Of a stretch of 43,963 nucleotides of DNA, positions 40,087-43,963 are shown in pieces; position 1 is the first letter of the stretch; each line of letters starts with the position of its first letter. The position numbers and the translations under genes are program-made. The stretch lies in the sequence record SRR20825006_2499. One strand, 5' to 3'. The notes under the pieces are model-generated. The model saw only the letters and a program-made list of their open reading frames with translations, did no database searches and had not been told where the DNA came from.

Positions 40087-43000
40087 CTACTTATAAGATT
40101 TTGGACTGGTTTTATAATACTTCTTAAATAGGCGACTAAAGTACTTCGGGTCGTTAAAACCACATTCATAACTAACTTCCGACACGTTCAACCTTTTACT
40201 TTTTAATAGCAAAGCCGCCTTTTGTAAACGCAAATTAATTATAGTTTCTGAAGGTGAAACATCTAAAACTTCTTTAAATACACGATAACATTTTGTCCTA
40301 GAGATATCCAATTCTTTTATCAAACTATCTACATTAAAATTAGAATTAGAAAGTTCTTTCTTAATAACTTCTATTGCATTTTGCACCAATTCCTCATGCG
40401 GAGAAGACCCTAATATTGTATTTGCTATTTGCAGCCCGTCTGCATGATTTTCATAAGTATTTTTGGCTTTGTATTGAGCAATTATTTTTTTTATTTGCTT
40501 TTGAAAAAAAGACGGACTTACAGGCATATAAATCATTAAATCTGCTCCGTTCTCAATAATTCGCTCTTGTAAATTAACATCCACCTTTTCTAAAACCCAT
40601 ACCACAGGAGCTTTTAGGGTTTTAGTACTCTTTAAAAATGTAGTTATTTCGGTATCAAAAAAACGATTATAGGCAATCAAAGCATGAATTTCTTTTTTAT
40701 TTACTATGGATGAAACAGTTTTTGAAGTGTTTTCAAAAACAAGAGTATAATTAGAGTTGTTTAGAAGCTGACCCACAATTTCATTATCTTCTTTTTTACA
40801 AAAAACTAAAATTGTATTTCCTTTAATAACCCCTTCATCAGAAGCAGTATCAAAATGCTCCATATAAGAAATACTAGAACTTATAAGTTCTTTAGACGTA
40901 GTAATAGGAATATTTGTTTGTAATGAAAAAGCAGTAGCTATATTAGTCTCACAAGTTCCATTTAAGTCATTCAATAAAATTGAAAATGCTTTAAAATATG
41001 GGCTAAATAATGTTATACTATTCCATTTTTCAATTAAAATTGGACAGTTAGAATTTATAGAAAGTAATAAGGTATTGGTGCCTAAAGAAATACTTATATT
41101 GATACTGCTTTTTGGCGTAAGATATTTTATTATATCAGTAAAAATATACTGAAAAAGGAGCTTCAATCTAAGTACATCTACCTCTATAATAGTTGCTTCA
41201 TTATTCGATTTAAACTCAAATTTTACTTCCGTATCTTTTATTTCATCTAAATGAAGCTCAACTATTAACTGATTTACAAACGGTTCTATATCTATTTTAG
41301 AAAGGTAAGGTTTTCCTATTTTTTTAACTTGATCTAAATAATCCCACTCTGAAATCAAATTTATTAGATTGGTAATTTCTTTCTGTAAGTTAGTATTAAG
41401 ACTTCCTTGATGCTTAAGCTGATTAACATTTGATAAAATTCGGGACAACGGTTTTTTAAATTCAATTAAGATAAACTCCTTAAACTTATCCAATTCAAAA
41501 TCCTTATTTTTAATTTTGCTATGCAATTTTATCAACTCATTGCTCTTAGCCTCTATGGAGGCATTTGTTTCTTCTAAAGAATTTTTTTGAGAATTTATTA
41601 AACTTGTACGCTCTTCAATTTTCTTTTCCAGAATTATCTCTTTAAGCCTAGATTTTCTGTTATTGAATTTAATAATTCCTACAACTACAACTATTAATAA
41701 ACTCCCCATAAACATATAAAACCACCATGCCAGATAGAATGGGGTTTCAATTTTTAATGTAAAAAAGCTTGGAAGAATAGCCTCATCAATTTTAACAAAA
41801 AAATCATAGTCTCCAGAAGGGATATTCTCATACTTAATAGATGTATTAGTATAAAGCATCCATTCTTTATTATACCCCTTTAAACGATAAAAAATCTTTT
41901 TAGAACTCAGTCCATAATCTATAGGAATAATGTTTACAGAAATTTCATTTTTAGCATGTGGCTTTACTAACTTCTTACTAAAATTCTCCTGTCCATCTAC
42001 TAAAAGCTTAATATTTGGCGTAGGATTATTAATTACATAAGAATTTGGCTGAAAATAATTAAGACCGCTTATTCCTCCATAATAAAGGGTTTCTTCTGGT
42101 GCCTTATAAAAAGCTCCTTCAGAGAACTCATTATCTTGCAAACCATAATCTATAGGTATTTTATAAATTTCATAAGTTCCTGCATTAATTGCTACTATTC
42201 CTTTGGTGGTACTTGCCCAAAATTTATCTTTACTCTGCAAAACACTATATACCATATGGCTAGGCAAATTATTTGCCTCTGTTATAGTTTTAAAAACGCC
42301 TTTATCTAAATGATAGATACTAATTCCTCCTAAAGTAGAAATCCAATAGTTTTCTGAATTACTATCTCTAGTTATGTGGTATACACTATTTCCAGAAAGT
42401 CCTTTAGAAGCATCTATTTTTTCTATGTTTCCATTAATTTGGTTAAAAATAATAAGTCCATTTTTTTCAGTAGCTAAAAAAATAAGATCCCCATTAATTA
42501 AAACATTCCGAAAATGATACTTTGCTAATTTATCTTGATGTTCAAACTCAATAAAACTATTTTTTTTGGTATCATATTTTGCTAATCCACCCCAACATGT
42601 TATCCAAATATTATTATTTATATCTTCATAAAAATTATAATTTCTATTGTTCGGCAAGTTTTCTTCTAAATTTGCATCATAAAGCGAATAACCCTTACTT
42701 CCAATTTTTATTATCCCTGCGTAAGATCCTACCCAGATAGTCCCATCTGAAGCGGTATATAAACTTCTAATTCTATTCCAATCTGGATTTGAGTTTGCTT
42801 CTTTTATTTTATACGGAAGAAAATAATTTTCAGAATTTAACCTGTATACCAGTCCATTACTGTAATATCCTAACCATAACGTTTGGTTATCATCTTTTGT
42901 AATTGCCCGTATTGTTCCTTTTGGAAGATTTGGCTGTTTGGTAGGATGGGGTAAAATGGTGGTTATTTGTTGTGACTCATTATACACCATACTCAATCCG

Positions 43001-43749
43001 CCATCTTTATATCCGAGCCAGATATTTCCAAAGGCATCCTCATAAACACACTCTATTTCGTTTGTAGATAAACTATAAGGAGCATATACATCAAAGGTAT
43101 AGTGTTGAAAAGAGAGATTATTACTATTGGAAGTTCCAGATTTAAAATACAGTCCGTTACTCTCTGTTGCATACCATATATTATCCTTACTATCCAAAAG
43201 GATATCATTGATTTTAATATTAGGTTCTTTTTTAAGAAAATTTCTCTTTAAAGCTTCATATTTTTTATTTCCCAATGGGGTGTGAGAGTACTTTGGAAGC
43301 GCTAGCTGCTCTTTATCTGAGAGCGTATAATACATACTATCTAAAAGCACAATGGGAATACTGTCTTTAGAAAGGTAAAGACCATTTAATTGTTTTTTAA
43401 AATGAAAATTTTTAAACTTTCCATTCCCGATATATTTAGATACCGAATTATTATCTGTTCGGATCCAAATTTCTCCATTTTTATCTTTAATGAAGTTAAT
43501 AACTACATTTCCAGAAAGTGATAATGTATCTGCTATTTTATGCTTAAATACAGTTATATTATTTCCATTATAAATATTCAACCCATCCCAGGTTGCTATC
43601 CATATCCTCCCATCGTTATCACTAATAATATCACTTACGGAATTATTAGACAGTCCATCTTTGGTTGTTAAAGGCTTAAATTTTAAGTTTTGCGAAACAA
43701 GATTGCTGGAAATCAATAAAAAGATAAATACAAAACGAGTAATAAGCAT
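40087..43749 (-). CDS. Hybrid two-component-like regulator (beta-propeller sensor, Y_Y_Y, TM, degenerate kinase and receiver, AraC HTH)
   Basis: GLSNNSV / IWIATWDGL propeller repeats, YRLKGYNKEW Y_Y_Y domain, WWFY TM segment, intact AraC domain (SEVSYECGFNDPKYFSRLFKK). ATG 43749 preferred over TTG 43776. Confidence 0.9.
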   Translation of the reverse strand: MLITRFVFIFLLISSNLVSQNLKFKPLTTKDGLSNNSVSDIISDNDGRIWIATWDGLNIYNGNNITVFKHKIADTLSLSGNVVINFIKDKNGEIWIRTDNNSVSKYIGNGKFKNFHFKKQLNGLYLSKDSIPIVLLDSMYYTLSDKEQLALPKYSHTPLGNKKYEALKRNFLKKEPNIKINDILLDSKDNIWYATESNGLYFKSGTSNSNNLSFQHYTFDVYAPYSLSTNEIECVYEDAFGNIWLGYKDGGLSMVYNESQQITTILPHPTKQPNLPKGTIRAITKDDNQTLWLGYYSNGLVYRLNSENYFLPYKIKEANSNPDWNRIRSLYTASDGTIWVGSYAGIIKIGSKGYSLYDANLEENLPNNRNYNFYEDINNNIWITCWGGLAKYDTKKNSFIEFEHQDKLAKYHFRNVLINGDLIFLATEKNGLIIFNQINGNIEKIDASKGLSGNSVYHITRDSNSENYWISTLGGISIYHLDKGVFKTITEANNLPSHMVYSVLQSKDKFWASTTKGIVAINAGTYEIYKIPIDYGLQDNEFSEGAFYKAPEETLYYGGISGLNYFQPNSYVINNPTPNIKLLVDGQENFSKKLVKPHAKNEISVNIIPIDYGLSSKKIFYRLKGYNKEWMLYTNTSIKYENIPSGDYDFFVKIDEAILPSFFTLKIETPFYLAWWFYMFMGSLLIVVVVGIIKFNNRKSRLKEIILEKKIEERTSLINSQKNSLEETNASIEAKSNELIKLHSKIKNKDFELDKFKEFILIEFKKPLSRILSNVNQLKHQGSLNTNLQKEITNLINLISEWDYLDQVKKIGKPYLSKIDIEPFVNQLIVELHLDEIKDTEVKFEFKSNNEATIIEVDVLRLKLLFQYIFTDIIKYLTPKSSINISISLGTNTLLLSINSNCPILIEKWNSITLFSPYFKAFSILLNDLNGTCETNIATAFSLQTNIPITTSKELISSSISYMEHFDTASDEGVIKGNTILVFCKKEDNEIVGQLLNNSNYTLVFENTSKTVSSIVNKKEIHALIAYNRFFDTEITTFLKSTKTLKAPVVWVLEKVDVNLQERIIENGADLMIYMPVSPSFFQKQIKKIIAQYKAKNTYENHADGLQIANTILGSSPHEELVQNAIEVIKKELSNSNFNVDSLIKELDISRTKCYRVFKEVLDVSPSETIINLRLQKAALLLKSKRLNVSEVSYECGFNDPKYFSRLFKKYYKTSPKSYK

Positions 43750-43938
43750 ATTAGAATAAATTCGTATAAATATCAACCTTGCAAATTACTCTTTTTTATG
43801 TTATCTCCCTTTTAAATTAATGTTACACAATTATCAACTATTATAATTATTCATTAATGTCCGAATAAAGATACAAGACCGCTTCACTATAAGAAAAAGG
43901 ACAAAGACTATATCTTAACTATCTTAAAATAAATAAAC

Positions 43939-43963
43939 TACCTCGAGGCAAGCCTACGAGGTA
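43939..43963. repeat. GC-rich palindrome at the window end (REP or IS200/IS605-end-like)
   Basis: TACCTCG-AGGC-AA-GCCT-A-CGAGGTA hairpin in AT-rich surroundings, truncated by the window edge. Confidence 0.5.

Noticed and set aside
39852-40169. Two short ORFs (75 and 73 aa) around the HTCS-susC spacer
   Set aside because: They overlap the neighbouring genes and the candidate operator, start at non-ATG codons and look non-coding.
40087-43749. Calling the HTCS a pseudogene
   Set aside because: No stops or frameshifts over 3.6 kb, and the sensor and AraC domains are well preserved.

Overview
AT-rich Bacteroidetes DNA, most likely a Flavobacteriaceae chromosome (SusC/SusD pairs, TAnnTTTG promoters, signal peptides followed by Gln). 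Left to right: the 5' end of a tRNA-Ser; a tatD / acyltransferase / ansA unit; a retropepsin followed by a TPR histidine kinase, a LuxR-type regulator and two unannotated single-TM micro-ORFs; sucAB; a small beta-barrel protein; a nine-gene 3-ketoglycoside (oxidation/elimination) sugar cluster; a CAZyme-free ECF sigma / FecR / SusC / SusD cassette; an OmpA-domain gene pair; an acyl-ACP desaturase; and a phosphoester-type SusCD locus (GDPD-like/alkaline phosphatase fusion plus a calcineurin-like phosphoesterase). Three signals stand out. (1) The hybrid two-component regulator of the phosphoester locus has lost every recognisable phosphorelay residue but keeps an intact frame, sensor and AraC domain, with a 22-bp-period direct repeat at its likely target promoter. 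(2) A candidate cis-antisense sRNA lies over the susC leader: its promoter box overlaps the susC start codon and its hairpin pairs fully only on the antisense strand. (3) Two micro-membrane proteins follow the TPR kinase system. No CRISPR, rRNA or transposase was seen. All calls come from reading motifs by eye; no database search was run.
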